A stretch of DNA of 63,526 nt, filler included, from Octopus bimaculoides (lineage: Eukaryota): NCBI RefSeq assembly GCF_001194135.2. It is 10 parts of 9 records of this genome, joined end to end, with 100 filler letters (N's around TTAATTAATTAA, not from the genome) between each part and the next. Parts side by side here need not be neighbours in the genome. Positions count along the whole stretch, not along the records: positions 39,199 to 49,635 come from NC_068981.1; positions 49,736 to 55,402 come from NC_069002.1; 8 more parts are not named here. One strand, written 5' to 3'. The notes under the pieces are model-generated. The model was not told the DNA's origin. It was given only the letters and a program-made list of their open reading frames with translations, and searched no databases. The position numbers and the translations under genes were made by a program. Each line of letters opens with the position of its first letter. Position 1 is the first letter of the stretch. Positions 39,913 through 52,499 of this stretch are shown piece by piece.

Positions 39913-40098
39913 GGTTCGTTGGTGTAATCGGTAACACACTCAGTTGCGTTAACAAAGTGACGTGGGTTTGCATCCCGCACGAACGGGAAAGCCTACTTTT
40001 TTCTGTCAAGGGCTTATATACCCCATTATTAGACTATTTTCCTTAGTCATTTGCACGGTGATCACTATAAGCTTTAAGCTTATAAAAAAATACAATTA
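39913..40098 (+). mobile_element. Rare tRNA-headed SINE with two headless sister copies (39553-39665 minus, 39675-39790 plus)
   Basis: Acceptor stem GTTCGT/ACGAAC, A-box TGGTGTAATCGG, T-arm GTGGG-TTTGCAT-CCCGC. No valid anticodon arm, so not a functional tRNA. Confidence 0.65.
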
Positions 40099-40118
40099 TA
40101 TATATATATATATATATA

Positions 40119-41628
40119 TTGGGTTATCAACTAAGTTCCTACCATTTAAAAAAAAATTTTAACGCTTTAAAAGGTTTAATAAAAAAAACAATAACTAATT
40201 AATCAATAATATATTCACCCTTGTTGTNNNNNNNNNNNNNNNNNNNNNNNNNNNNNNNNNNNNNNNNNNNNNNNNNNNNNNNNNNNNNNNNNNNNNNNNN
40301 NNNNNNNNNNNNNNNNNNNNNNNNNNNNNNNNNNNNNNNNNNNNNNNNNNNNNNNNNNNNNNNNNNNNNNNNNNNNNNNNNNNNNNNNNNNNNNNNNNNN
40401 NNNNNNNNNNNNNNNNNNNNNNNNNNNNNNNNNNNNNNNNNNNNNNNNNNNNNNNNNNNNNNNNNNNNNNNNNNNNNNNNNNNNNNNNNNNNNNNNNNNN
40501 NNNNNNNNNNNNNNNNNNNNNNNNNNNNNNNNNNNNNNNNNNNNNNNNNNNNNNNNNNNNNNNNNNNNNNNNNNNNNNNNNNNNNNNNNNNNNNNNNNNN
40601 NNNNNNNNNNNNNNNNNNNNNNNNNNNNNNNNNNNNNNNNNNNNNNNNNNNNNNNNNNNNNNNNNNNNNNNNNNNNNNNNNNNNNNNNNNNNNNNNNNNN
40701 NNNNNNNNNNNNNNNNNNNNNNNNNNNNNNNNNNNNNNNNNNNNNNNNNNNNNNNNNNNNNNNNNNNNNNAGCCGAGTTAAGTCGTTCCATCTGTTGAAC
40801 ATAGAGTTCTGCATTGTCCGTTTAGTTACGTTCAAGCAATTCGTAATGGATAATCCCTTCCCAGTCCCATATACGCACAACGTTTTACGTGGATGAAGAT
40901 CTTGTTTCACGTGCGGTGTCACTTGTTTACCGGGGCTAAGCCATTCCTTACGCTGCTTACTATTGATGTACAGGCACCATTTTTCGTCGCCAGTAACGAT
41001 TCGGTAAAGAAATCGTTCCTTGTGTCCATGAGTTGAGTGGTGACGAGGAAGCAATCCAGCGGAGATTGTGGCTCATTGATTTTTGTTGTTTTCACTTAAA
41101 GCGTGCGGAACCCCATGCTCCATACTTCTGAACCTTTCCCATCGTGCGAAGATGCTTCTCTATAGCAGTGTGGGAGCATTGCATTTTCTTTGCAAGTTCC
41201 CTTGCTGTTTGACGAGAATTTTCGTGCAACAGTTGGTTTAATCGCTCTTCATCGAACTCAACTGGACGGCCAGAACGAGGTTCGTCTTTGAGGTCAAAAT
41301 TTCCATTTTTGAACTTGGCATACCAATCACGAACGGGCACACTCTTTATACACAGCACAAATGTCGCGAGCAACTTTTGCAGACTCAGAACCTTGATTTA
41401 AAGCAAAAAGAAAGAGGTGTCGTAAATGCTCGTTCTTCTTAACTTAACATTCCATTTTAAAGGTCTGAAAATGAACAACAATTAACTAAAATTTACAAGT
41501 AAAAAAAACAAAATAGATTCCAAAATTATTCAAAAATAGAATTCTTGAAAAAAATAGATTCCAAAATTTAAAAACGCAATAAATTCCAAAATTTATAAAA
41601 ACAGCGGGAACTTAGTTGCCAACATCAA
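40119..41628 (-). mobile_element. Mariner element with both TIRs and a transposase pseudogene (spans a 543-N gap)
   Basis: TIRs TTGGGTTATCAACTAAGTTCC (40119) and its degenerate inverse GGAACTTAGTTGCCAACATCAA (to 41628), each flanked by TA. ATG at 41455; motifs DLKDEPRSGRP, GAWVPHA (WVPHEL-like), RIVTGDEKW (first catalytic D) and DLHPRK, with stops and frameshifts. Confidence 0.93.
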
Positions 41629-41640
41629 TATATACAAGTA

Positions 41641-41686
<46 letters not shown>

Positions 41687-41738
41687 TACATACAAATATG
41701 TATGTGTGCATGTATACATATACATGTATGTATATACA

Positions 41739-41776
<38 letters not shown>

Positions 41777-42033
41777 CACNNNNNNNNNNNNNNNNNNNNN
41801 NNNNNNNNNNNNNNNNNNNNNNNNNNNNNNNNNNNNNNNNNNNNNNNNNNNNNNNNNNNNNNNNNNNNNNNNNNNNNNNNNNNNNNNNNNNNNNNNNNNN
41901 NNNNNNNNNNNNNNNNNNNNNNNNNNNNNNNNNNNNNNNNNNNNNNNNNNNNNNNNNNNNNNNNNNNNNNNNNNNNNNNNNNNNNNNNNNNNNNNNNNNN
42001 NNNNNNNNNNNNNNNNNNNNNNNNNNNNNNNNN

Positions 42034-42088
<55 letters not shown>

Positions 42089-42288
42089 TCATGCATATTG
42101 TTTTTCATATTGTCTGTTACCATTAATAGCCAATGAGAATGCATCGTAGCTCTTTGCTCCAACATTCAAAACTCTGAATCCTATAATGACAACTTTTTAC
42201 TGTTTGTTCTAAATTATAACATATATAAATAATCCTCTATTTCTCTAATATCGAGGTCTTATTCTTTTGTTGTTACTTATTATATGTG

Positions 42289-42345
<57 letters not shown>

Positions 42346-42739
42346 TTATACACATGTATGTAAATAATATTATTACGTTGTGTGTGTCAGTGTTATACAC
42401 TGAGGGGAAAGCCACTAAGTGGTTTTCCATCATGCTAGAAGTGGGAGTTAAATCCCAAACCTCCAAAAAGCTATTCTTATTTTAGCATGTTGAATGGAGG
42501 CAGACAGGACAATTTGAGAGAATTCAAAAATGATTAGTCATTCCCGTACTTCGAAGTTTCACCCTTAATGATTAAATACATTAATTAATTAATCAATCAA
42601 TGTATTAATCCATCTATGGCTTATCAACGAGAATTGCTATTGATATATAAATACAAATACTCAAATACATACAAGTAAAAGGATAAAAGCATACGCTTGC
42701 AAGAGGACCCAAAATTGTTGACCATACAGGGCACCCAGT

Positions 42740-44400
42740 CTGCAGGCTCGTCATGGCTGACGTAACAGTCATTCCACATTGATCCAAGGGACATGATGAA
42801 CACTGGACTTGCTGGAAAAGCTAGTCACACAGTCCTGCATGAAGTTCAGTCCACCAAAGTCTTGGTACTGTGTATCCTCAAAGAAAGGCTGATAAATGAC
42901 AACTCCAGTATTTGTTATAACCTTACTTGAAAATATGTTTTCATTCAGCATGGCATCACGACCAAACTGCAGAGGCCATTTTTACTTTATGATTTGGCCA
43001 TGATTTGGGTGGAGGCAGTGAAAAGGCCATACAGAGAATTCGTGTAAAGGTGGCTGGGCATCCCTCCAATTTCCTGTACAGCAAGACATCTATTAGCCCC
43101 ACATACCAGTTTCATTAGTGGTTGAGTTATTCAAAGCCAGCAAAGCAAGAACAATCAAGGGTCTGGCATGCCGTCAGGACCATGAAGTGCAGCAGAAAGC
43201 GGAAGCTCCGAATGAAGATGGCTAGGGCATCTACAGTGCTAACTACAATGCCAAGAGGTGGGAAAACACTAATACCAGTATTAAGAGTGAGCTCATAGGG
43301 AAGAGGCTCTATGATTCAACAGAGGAAGATTGCCATGTAAGGCAGTAGGGCTTGCCCACCAGGAACAATGGATACAGTGGACACTCAGGACCCCACTGCA
43401 GTGGAAGGGACTCAGGAATGCTGACCAGGAAAACTTGTCCTTCTTGTCTATTACCAACCCCAAATAACTTTAAAGTATTGAGCTGAGGAGAAAACAGTAC
43501 AATGCAGTACAAAGCAACTCTTTGCACCCTGGACCACATTTTGACTGGATGTCCTCGGCCACTGGGAGTGGAAACACAACAAGGTTCTTGCAGAAATTGC
43601 CTTGTGGATACACATGTAAAAGGTTAAGGCTAACAAACAGCAGCCCCCACCACCCAAGGATATCAGATTCTTTAGGGAAAGTGTTATGGCTCCTGATATG
43701 AATGCAACAATAGGGCATTCATTTTCTATTTTGCATCCAGCCTCAACTGGGAGATGCAAGTGGACCTGAAGGACAGATTCATCTTCCCAGAGACAGTAGT
43801 AATAATATCTCTCTCCAGGAGTTCAAAAACTATCTTCATAGTTGAATTTAGAGTACCCTGTGAGGACAGACTTGATAATTCTCACCAACTAAGTGTAAAG
43901 ACTGCCTTCGATCATGCCTGACCATGGAATTGTACTAGAAAGTTTCCGAGGTACAAGTCTGAGCAAGGTTGTTTATGGAAGACCAGTAATCGCCCATGCA
44001 TACCATCCTCCCCTCTCCATGCCACTGATGTTACCCAAGGGAAGGGCAAAGGGGCCGATACAGCTTGGCACCACTGATGTCACAACTCATTTCTACAGCT
44101 GAGTTAACATGGAGCAATGTGAAATAAAGTGACTTCATTAGCTAAAGAAAACCAAATATCAGGACTTGATTGACAAGGAATTTGCTAAGGGCTGGCATGT
44201 GGCCTTGTTCCTTATTGAAGTTGGCTGCTATGACTTTCCAGTTAGATCGATGTGCTATTTCTTGCAGTAAATATGTCTGGAACTCAGACAACCAAAGAAA
44301 GAGATAGCCCAAGGTGTCTTTGGTTGAAAAAGGTTCATAGATAGAATCCTTCCTCAGGAGAAGACTAATCCAGTCCTCACTGCCCAACTTTGGCAAAGCA
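42740..44400 (+). mobile_element. Decayed non-LTR retrotransposon with REL endonuclease (HERO/R2-superfamily-like), split by a SINE
   Basis: Peptide remnants in the expected order: LEKLVTQSCMKFSPPKS (RT end), WPFLLYDL..RWLGIP (thumb), TLDHILTGCP..WKHNKVLAEIA (zinc knuckle region), WEMQVDL, IVEFRVPCE and KTKYQDL..GW..IEVGC (REL). Confidence 0.8.
43886..44141 (-). mobile_element. SINE body inserted in the REL domain of the LINE
   Basis: Same sequence family as 50925-51230, which retains a tRNA-like head at its right end. Confidence 0.75.
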
Positions 44401-44666
44401 TACGGGTTAAGGGGCAAAATGCTTGTAACCCTCAGATACCTGCTGACGATACAGAAGGGTTTCTGACATGGTGGTCAATTCAGAAGATCTTGTAATACCT
44501 CTGAGTAGTTACTGCAGTTATCACATCAGGATTCTACATTAAGGCATGAAATGATGTTTTCTCAATCCACCAATTGCAAATACATGCATGCATATCTATG
44601 TATATATGTGTGTGTGTGTGTGTGTGTGACTGTTTTCCCTTTGTCTTGCTTTTGTTGGTCTATGGT

Positions 44667-44904
44667 CAGTGGTTCTTAACCATTTTTTTTTCACCTATGG
44701 ACCCTTTCAGTTCTTATTTTACTTGCATGGACCCTCCTAGCCATTTGGTGTTTAGAAACCTCCTATTAGATGTTTATAATTAAATTTTATTAAGAATTAC
44801 ATTTAAAAAATTAAAATATGTTGCTTATTGCAGAAGTATAACCAATTTGTCGCATATAAATCTTATCAGAAAAATCTTACATGGAAGCCAGTTAAGAACC
44901 ACTG
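44667..44904. mobile_element. hAT-type MITE
   Basis: Perfect 14-bp TIR CAGTGGTTCTTAAC/GTTAAGAACCACTG; flanking direct repeat gtctatggt/gtttatggt. Confidence 0.85.
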
Positions 44905-46439
44905 GTTTATGGTTACGCTTTTAGCATAAGATATGAGAAATATTAATTTTTATATAAAATATGAAAATTTGCAAGTTACATGAAATGAATACCTGAACAT
45001 TAACAAACTGTTTGGGCACACATTCTTCCAGTCACTTATATGCATGCATAGTCTACTCGTGGTTTTGTTGTTCAAATTTCACTTCATTGGCTGAATATAA
45101 TTTTCTTTGGAAGAACTGTTCACAATACAAGTTGTTTATTTAGTGCACTGTCCGTATAAGCTCTCCCAACACTCATACATGTGTATAGTCTACTCTTTGT
45201 TTGTTGTTCATATTTCAGCTCACTAAGCAAATCCGCTCCCAGCCACTTAGACACATGTGTAGTCTGCTTGCGGTTCATTAATCAATTTTCAGCTCATTAT
45301 GCGAGTTTAATTTTCTTCAGAAAACCCATTAGTTATTCAGTTTGTTTGTTTAGAAAACCATTCATATATGGGTATCCCACTGTATCCATATCTATCTATA
45401 TATATGTATGTATGTATGTGCGTATGCATGTATGTATGTCAGTCAGGTTTCTCTTAGTGCTATTGGTAACACACAGCCCAATACATCCTGTTGGCTGATT
45501 GTGCTGTCAATAACTAAACTGGCAACCCCACCAAGCCTGTTTCGTAAGGAGAGTGGTTTCCATTGGATCTCTGCAGGATGAAAACCAAAACCTGTTAGAA
45601 GCCAGATGATCTCAGTAGAATCAATGGGCATCCAGTTGCTGAGAGCACAAGACCCTAATCTTTGTTTAGGTACTTCTCTAGAAGAAGAAAAACTCTGAAG
45701 TAACACCTGTGCCTTTGCATCCAATGATGTAGACTAGTTCTTTTCGGGCAAATGCATACATTAATCAGAGAGTGGGATTGGCCCTGAGCAAGGCCTTTCT
45801 TTGCTTTAAAAGGCTTCAAGTACAGGCATTCTGGATTTAAAAACATTTTTTTTTAACATCTCTTTTGTGTGTTGTATACTCTGGCTGACAGTAGCCAAAG
45901 AACAAAAAGCAAAATGCTCAATGAAAAATTGAAGGAATGTGTCAGTGTGGGTGGTAGGCTCTGTGAACACCTACTACAAAAGGTGCCCATTGTTGTCACA
46001 TCTGTGCAAAAGAGTTGAAATCCTTAGCAGGACTGAAAAGCTACATCTGCTGTTCATGTTTAAGAGAACAAACTCAATTGATGGTATTGCTTGAAATCAA
46101 GTCGCAGCTATCGTATGTTTGTGGCTTAGTGATTAGAGTATTTGGCTCACTATCATAAGGTTGTGAGTTCAAATTCCGGTGGTGTGTTATGTCCTTGAGC
46201 ATGTTGCTCCAGTCCACTCAGCTTACAAAAATGAACTGTACCTGTAATTCAAAAGGCCATCCTTGTCATAATCTATGTCATGCTGAATCTCTCTGAGGAT
46301 TATGTTAAGTGTATGTGTGTCTGTGGAGTGCTCAGCCACTTGCACATTAATTTTACAAGCAGGCTGTTCCATTGATCAGATAACTGGGACTGCCAGTGTT
46401 ATATGTACACATATATGTATATCTGGGTTGCCAGCAGCC

Positions 46440-47050
46440 AGAGGCTTGAAATTCATTTACAGAACATACTTCTAGTGGCAAAAATAATGGACTATTTTAT
46501 TGTTAATAGTCCATTCTTTCTGTTGATGGAACTGCAGGTTGGTGGAATACGCATAGTCTCCCCTGGAGGCAGAGTTTATAATGTGAGTTCCAGGTAGTTA
46601 GGGGTCCTGTCATCAATACTCATTTGATGTGGAGAAAGTTGTTTTGATACTTACAGTGTCTTCAGACGAAGCAGGACAGAAAAGTGGAGTTTTCTTTGTC
46701 CCTGCATCTAAAAGAATGCATGTGCTATTCATACCTTCCCTTAAGGTTGTTGGCTGTCATGCCTGCATAGTGTTTTGTGATGTCATTTGCAATGCCCAAT
46801 ACAGGAAACTGATTGTTGCTGTGTGTACTGTGCTGTATCCTAGTGTATCCTGTCTGAGCACACAGGCGTAAAAATAAAGAAAATAACTTGTCATTGTAAT
46901 TGCATTAATATCATGTTACCCGAGCTGACCATTAGAGGCCTAAGCACCTAGAAGCTGTTTCAAATTTCCTGCAAAATGCCCACTCTGCTTCCTAGCGTCT
47001 GATAAGACGGATGTGTCCTACAAACCTATAAAATTAAAAGTCATGTGGAA
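46440..47050 (-). pseudogene. Second Penelope-like GIY-YIG remnant
   Basis: Minus-strand KHYAGMTANNLKGRYE*HMHSFRCRDKENSTFLSCFV and downstream YKLCLQ..ETMRI resemble the PLE consensus YIGMT..FK.RY.NH..SF....NST.LS..W and C.LCL.EK.RI. Confidence 0.7.
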
Positions 47051-47809
47051 CTAAATCTAACCATTGAAAAACAAATATATATATATATATATATAGATAG
47101 ATATAGATCTATATAAATATATAAATATATATATATATATGTATATGTATGCATGTAGGTGCTGGTTAAGCTCTGTGGTTAAAGAGTTTTCTCTTTTCAA
47201 CCATTTAGTTTCAAGTCAAGTCACTTAGGCTTAGTGTCTTTTATTGTTGCTCCAGGCTGATCAAAGCCTTGTGTATGAATTTGATTGACATAAGCTGAAA
47301 GACAACTGTCAAGCATGCATGTGTGTGTGTATGCATGTATGTATGTATGTATGTCTGTCTACATGTGTGGTATGAATGTGTGTCACTCCTTATCTTCGCA
47401 GCATGTAATATTTGTGAACAAGAATCACTGACATGCAAGTGGTGACCTTCATTTTCAATCTTCCATGAAAACTTGTCTGGATATGGGGAAATGTGACCTT
47501 GTGTGGAAGTAGGTGATGGTGGTTTGCAATAGGAACAGTATCTAGCTGTAGACAATCCATTTCAATGAATTCTCTCTTCTGCTCATGTGAGCACGGAGAA
47601 GTGGGTGTCAAAACTGATGATCCTAATCTATATTCTTCTGTGTATATGATATGTGTATATTCTTGTATGTGTGTGCACAAAGAGATTCATGCATATGTGC
47701 ATATTCGTGTATATATGCACACACATACAAATATATACCTACACAAACACTTGTATCTTATACATATATAAACATCTGTATTATATATATATATATATAT
47801 ATAATTTTT

Positions 47810-48190
47810 TTTACTTGTTTTAGTCATTTGACTGCAGCCATGCTAGAACACTGCCTTTTAGTCGCATAAATCGACCCTCGAACTCATTCTTTGTAAGCCC
47901 AGTACTTATTCTATTGGCCTCTATTTGCTGAACTGTGAAGTTGCGCAGACCTAAACACACCAACATAGGTTGTCAAGCGATGGTGGTGGTTGTGGTGGGG
48001 GGGACACAGACGCATAAATACCTACATACGTATATATATATAGATATATGACAGGCTTCTTGCAGTTTCCCTCTACCAAATCCACTTACAAGGCTTTGGA
48101 CAGCCTAAAGTTATAATAGTAGACACTTGCCCAAGGTGCCACCCAGAACCATGTGGTTGGGAAGCAAGCTTCTTACCACACAGCTACTCC
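47810..48190 (-). mobile_element. SINE family A, near full length
   Basis: Tail, internal microsatellite and head in reverse orientation. Confidence 0.85.
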
Positions 48191-48843
48191 NNNNNNNNNN
48201 NNNNNNNNNNNNNNNNNNNNNNNNNNNNNNNNNNNNNNNNNNNNNNNNNNNNNNNNNNNNNNNNNNNNNNNNNNNNNNNNNNNNNNNNNNNNNNNNNNNN
48301 NNNNNNNNNNNNNNNNNNNNNNNNNNNNNNNNNNNNNNNNNNNNNNNNNNNNNNNNNNNNNNNNNNNNNNNNNNNNNNNNNNNNNNNNNNNNNNNNNNNN
48401 NNNNNNNNNNNNNNNNNNNNNNNNNNNNNNNNNNNNNNNNNNNNNNNNNNNNNNNNNNNNNNNNNNNNNNNNNNNNNNNNNNNNNNNNNNNNNNNNNNNN
48501 NNNNNNNNNNNNNNNNNNNNNNNNNNNNNNNNNNNNNNNNNNNNNNNNNNNNNNNNNNNNNNNNNNNNNNNNNNNNNNNNNNNNNNNNNNNNNNNNNNNN
48601 NNNNNNNNNNNNNNNNNNNNNNNNNNNNNNNNNNNNNNNNNNNNNNNNNNNNNNNNNNNNNNNNNNNNNNNNNNNNNNNNNNNNNNNNNNNNNNNNNNNN
48701 NNNNNNNNNNNNNNNNNNNNNNNNNNNNNNNNNNNNNNNNNNNNNNNNNNNNNNNNNNNNNNNNNNNNNNNNNNNNNNNNNNNNNNNNNNNNNNNNNNNN
48801 NNNNNNNNNNNNNNNNNNNNNNNNNNNNNNNNNNNNNNNNNNN

Positions 48844-49112
48844 CCTGGACTGGCTTGTGCGGGTGGCACATAAAAGACACCATTTCGAGCGTGGCCGTTT
48901 TCGTGCGGGTGACACGTAAAAGCACCCACTACACTCTCTGAGTGGTTGGCGTTTGGAAGGGCATTCAGCTGTAGAAACTCTGCCAAATTAGATTGGAGCC
49001 TGGTGTTGCCATCCGGTTTTACCAGTCCTCAGTCAAATCGTCCAACCCATGCTAGCATGGAAAGCGGACGTTAAACGACGACGATGATGATGATGATGAT
49101 GATGATGATGAT
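48844..49112 (+). mobile_element. RTE LINE 3' UTR with (GAT)n tail
   Basis: Ends CCAACCCATGCTAGCATGGAAAGCGGACGTTAAACGACGACGATGATGAT; same family as 30520-30634. Confidence 0.85.
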
Positions 49113-49361
49113 ATCATTATTTTAACATCCACTTTTCCTTGCTTGCATGGGTCACATGGAGTTTATTTGATACAGATTTTCTGTATCTGCACGCCCTCCC
49201 AGTCACCAAAACTCACCTGTCTCCGGGCAAGGTAATATTTCTCCATGTCCAGATTTGTCTTTGCAGAATATTGGAAAGGAATGACACTGCTTGTATGACA
49301 GTGACACTCATTTACAACTATCAATGCAATGCCAAAATAAGGAGACAGAAAAACACACATC

Positions 49362-49500
49362 ATCATCATCGTCGTTTAACATCCGCTTTCCATGCTAGCA
49401 TGGGTTGGACCAGGAGGCGATACCAGGCTCCAATCTGATTTGGCAGAGTTTCTACAGCTGGATGCCCTTCCTAACGCCAACCACTCCAAGAGTGTAGTAT
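49362..49500 (-). mobile_element. Inverted RTE 3' tail
   Basis: Reverse complement of parts of 48930-49085, with an internal deletion. Confidence 0.8.
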
Positions 49501-49735
49501 AAACTATAAACATGTGTAATATAAACTATCCAACCCATGCCAGCATGGAAAACAGACATTAAATGATGATGATATGTATGTGTGCATATATTTATATATA
49601 TATATATATATCATCACCATCATCATCATCGTTTANNNNNNNNNNNNNNNNNNNNNNNNNNNNNNNNNNNNNNNNNNNNTTAATTAATTAANNNNNNNNN
49701 NNNNNNNNNNNNNNNNNNNNNNNNNNNNNNNNNNN

Positions 49736-49767
<32 letters not shown>

Positions 49768-50924
49768 GAGGGAGAGAAAGAGGGTTAGTTTGTAGTAGAA
49801 GAGGTTATGAGATTTTAGCAGGGCGTGGCAGGATTTGAAGTGATTATAAAATTGATGAGGTTTGTTATAATGTAGGCGTCACTAGTTGTTACTATGTTAG
49901 TAGATATTTGTAATAGTGGTGATAATAAAGAAGCTATATTGGAATCGTTATTGAAATAATGTACAAGAGGAAACTGGTATATACTTGCATGAATGTTTAA
50001 CTGTATTTAAGCGAATCAAAGTCAACTTCGTTCCAACCGTGATGAGCCAACGATCCAACCTATGTTACACCTAATCACTAGAAATAGTTAGAATATGTAT
50101 TTGGCTTCAAAGTTTGGCATTAGGCCAACAATTTCGGGTGAGGAAGTGATTTGTTTACATCAACTCCAGTATCCAAGTGGTTCTTGATTTTATCCACCAC
50201 GAAAGGATAAAATTCAAAGTTAACTTCGGCGCAATTTGAACTCAGAAGAAAAAGACGGATGAAATGCTGCTAAGCATTTTGCCCAGCATGCTAATGATCC
50301 TGCCAGGTCACCGCCTAATTTAGAATAGCTATTCGTTTCAAATTTTGATACAAGGGGAGTAATTTTCAGAGTGGGGGTGCGTCCATTACATCGACCCCAC
50401 TGCTTAACTGGCACCTAGGTTATCGACCCGGAAATGATGAAAGGCAAAGTCTACCTCGGCGGAGTGTGAACTCCGAACCTAAAAGATGGAGCCAATGCCT
50501 CTAAGCATTTTGCCTGGTGTGCTAACGAATCAGAAATGAATGTCTCTTCATAATTACGAAACTACAAGCAAACCCCAGGACGCAGTTAGGACAAGTAATA
50601 GAATATAAGAAATATAAACGTAAGCATGAACATGGTAAGATTCAGGAGTCAGGTCGTTGTCAGGGACATTATGTACAATACATTTACATGGATGCACGAT
50701 GCATTTGCAATAAGGAGGCATTACATTTCAATGCACGAAATATATTAGTAAAGATTAAGCTACTTGACAACTCCATAACAGTTTAAAGAATTCCATAAAA
50801 ATTGAGAAATACGTTACGTTTTTATCAAGAGTAAAAGTGAAACCTGAATTAAACATAAACACATCACACGTGAGAAGTACTTCGGGAATAACGTTCACAT
50901 AGTTGGAAACAGTTATAAAAACGC

Positions 50925-51230
50925 ACTTCGGTCATAAATGGCCATGGTATTGCACCTAGAAAGTTAACATCCTAGGCAAGGTTGCTTTTGTAGAAGACCA
51001 GCAGTCTATTCACACCAAGCTCCTCTCTCCACGCCACCGATGTTATCCAAGGAAAAGCCGATACAGCTTGGCACCAGTGATGTGGCAACTCAATTCTACA
51101 GATGAGGGAAAGGGAGCAAGATGAAATAAAGTGTCTGGCTCAAGAACACAACACACAGCCCGGTCCGGTAATCTAACTCAATTCCTCGTGGTTGTGAGCC
51201 AAACGCTCTAACGCCTGAACCATGCACTTT
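50925..51230 (-). mobile_element. tRNA-derived SINE (family D)
   Basis: Shares CCGATACAGCTTGGCACC..CAACTCA.TTCTACAG..GAAATAAAGTG with 43886-44141; decayed A/B boxes near 51160-51225. Confidence 0.7.
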
Positions 51231-51510
51231 CGGTTATAAAATGATCGACTGATCATCTTATAACCCAAGTTTTCTTTTGATTTAATACTGAACACGTGGA
51301 CATTACAACGATTTATTTTGGAAATGAGTTTCTGAAAATCTCGGAACGCCAGGCTTGTTGGATTTAGAAACATCGCTGCAGCAACCAACATAAAAGGATT
51401 AATAAGGACATTTGAAATGTGTTTAATAAGCATCATCCACTGTGAGCATAATCATGGTTTTAAGATTGCACACACAGACGCACACGCTGAGACATAACAC
51501 ACACACACGC

Positions 51511-51560
<50 letters not shown>

Positions 51561-52448
51561 NNNNNNNNNNNNNNNNNNNNNNNNNNNNNNNNNNNNNNNN
51601 NNNNNNNNNNNNNNNNNNNNNNNNNNNNNNNNNNNNNNNNNNNNNNNNNNNNNNNNNNNNNNNNNNNNNNNNNNNNNNNNNNNNNNNNNNNNNNNNNNNN
51701 NNNNNNNNNNNNNNNNNNNNNNNNNNNNNNNNNNNNNNNNNNNNNNNNNNNNNNNNNNNNNNNNACACACACACACACACACACACACACATATGCATAT
51801 ATATATGTGACGGGCTTCTTTCAGTTTCCGTTTACCAAATCCTCTCACAAGGCTTTAGTCGGATTGAGGCTATAGTAGAAGACAATTGCCCGAGGTGCCA
51901 CGCAGTGGGGCTGAACCCGGAAGCATGTGGTTGGTAAGCAAGCTACTTAACACACAGCCACTATATATACATATACACCACATAACAATAAAATAAATAC
52001 CTGACAATGCACTGATGTCGATATAATCAACCAGAACTGTTGAGCATTTTCCCATTATCATGGCCAGTGACTGCAACGAATAAAATAGTACATTAACAGA
52101 AGCAGTAATGGTCAAAGAGTTCTGAAGCTTGATATTCTTTCAAAAGTCATTCAGCAAAGGTCACTGAACGTTGACACCAACCTCATCATTTAACTTGGCA
52201 AATTGACCTTTGAAAGTAGTTGCTGCAAGAATGAAATTCATGTTTATTTTTGGATTTATTTAAGATAAAAAGTAGCATTCGTAGCCCCTTTTATGGCCCC
52301 GATACAGCTGGGTAGAATGGAAGCATTTATCTTCAGAGCGAAGTTCATAAAGCTGAATATATTGCTTACAACAGAGTGGGATTCCAGTAAAGAGCCGCAA
52401 GGAAAACATTGATGTGTTAAACTAATCACACATTAACAGCTGTCTACA

Positions 52449-52499
<51 letters not shown>

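Noticed and set aside
39913-39985. Possible tRNA gene (also the head at 57904-57975)
   Set aside because: No proper anticodon arm, and both continue into repeat bodies; these are SINE heads.
45519-46432. CTGGCAACCCCA and TGGGTTGCCAG as hAT TIRs matching 26444
   Set aside because: They face outward, are short, lack TSDs, and the second lies at the end of a PLE remnant.
51993-52064. Minus-strand exon-like segment with good splice sites (SLAMIMGKCSTVLVDYIDISALS)
   Set aside because: No ferlin similarity and no other support; a similar unsupported candidate lies at 60350-60460.
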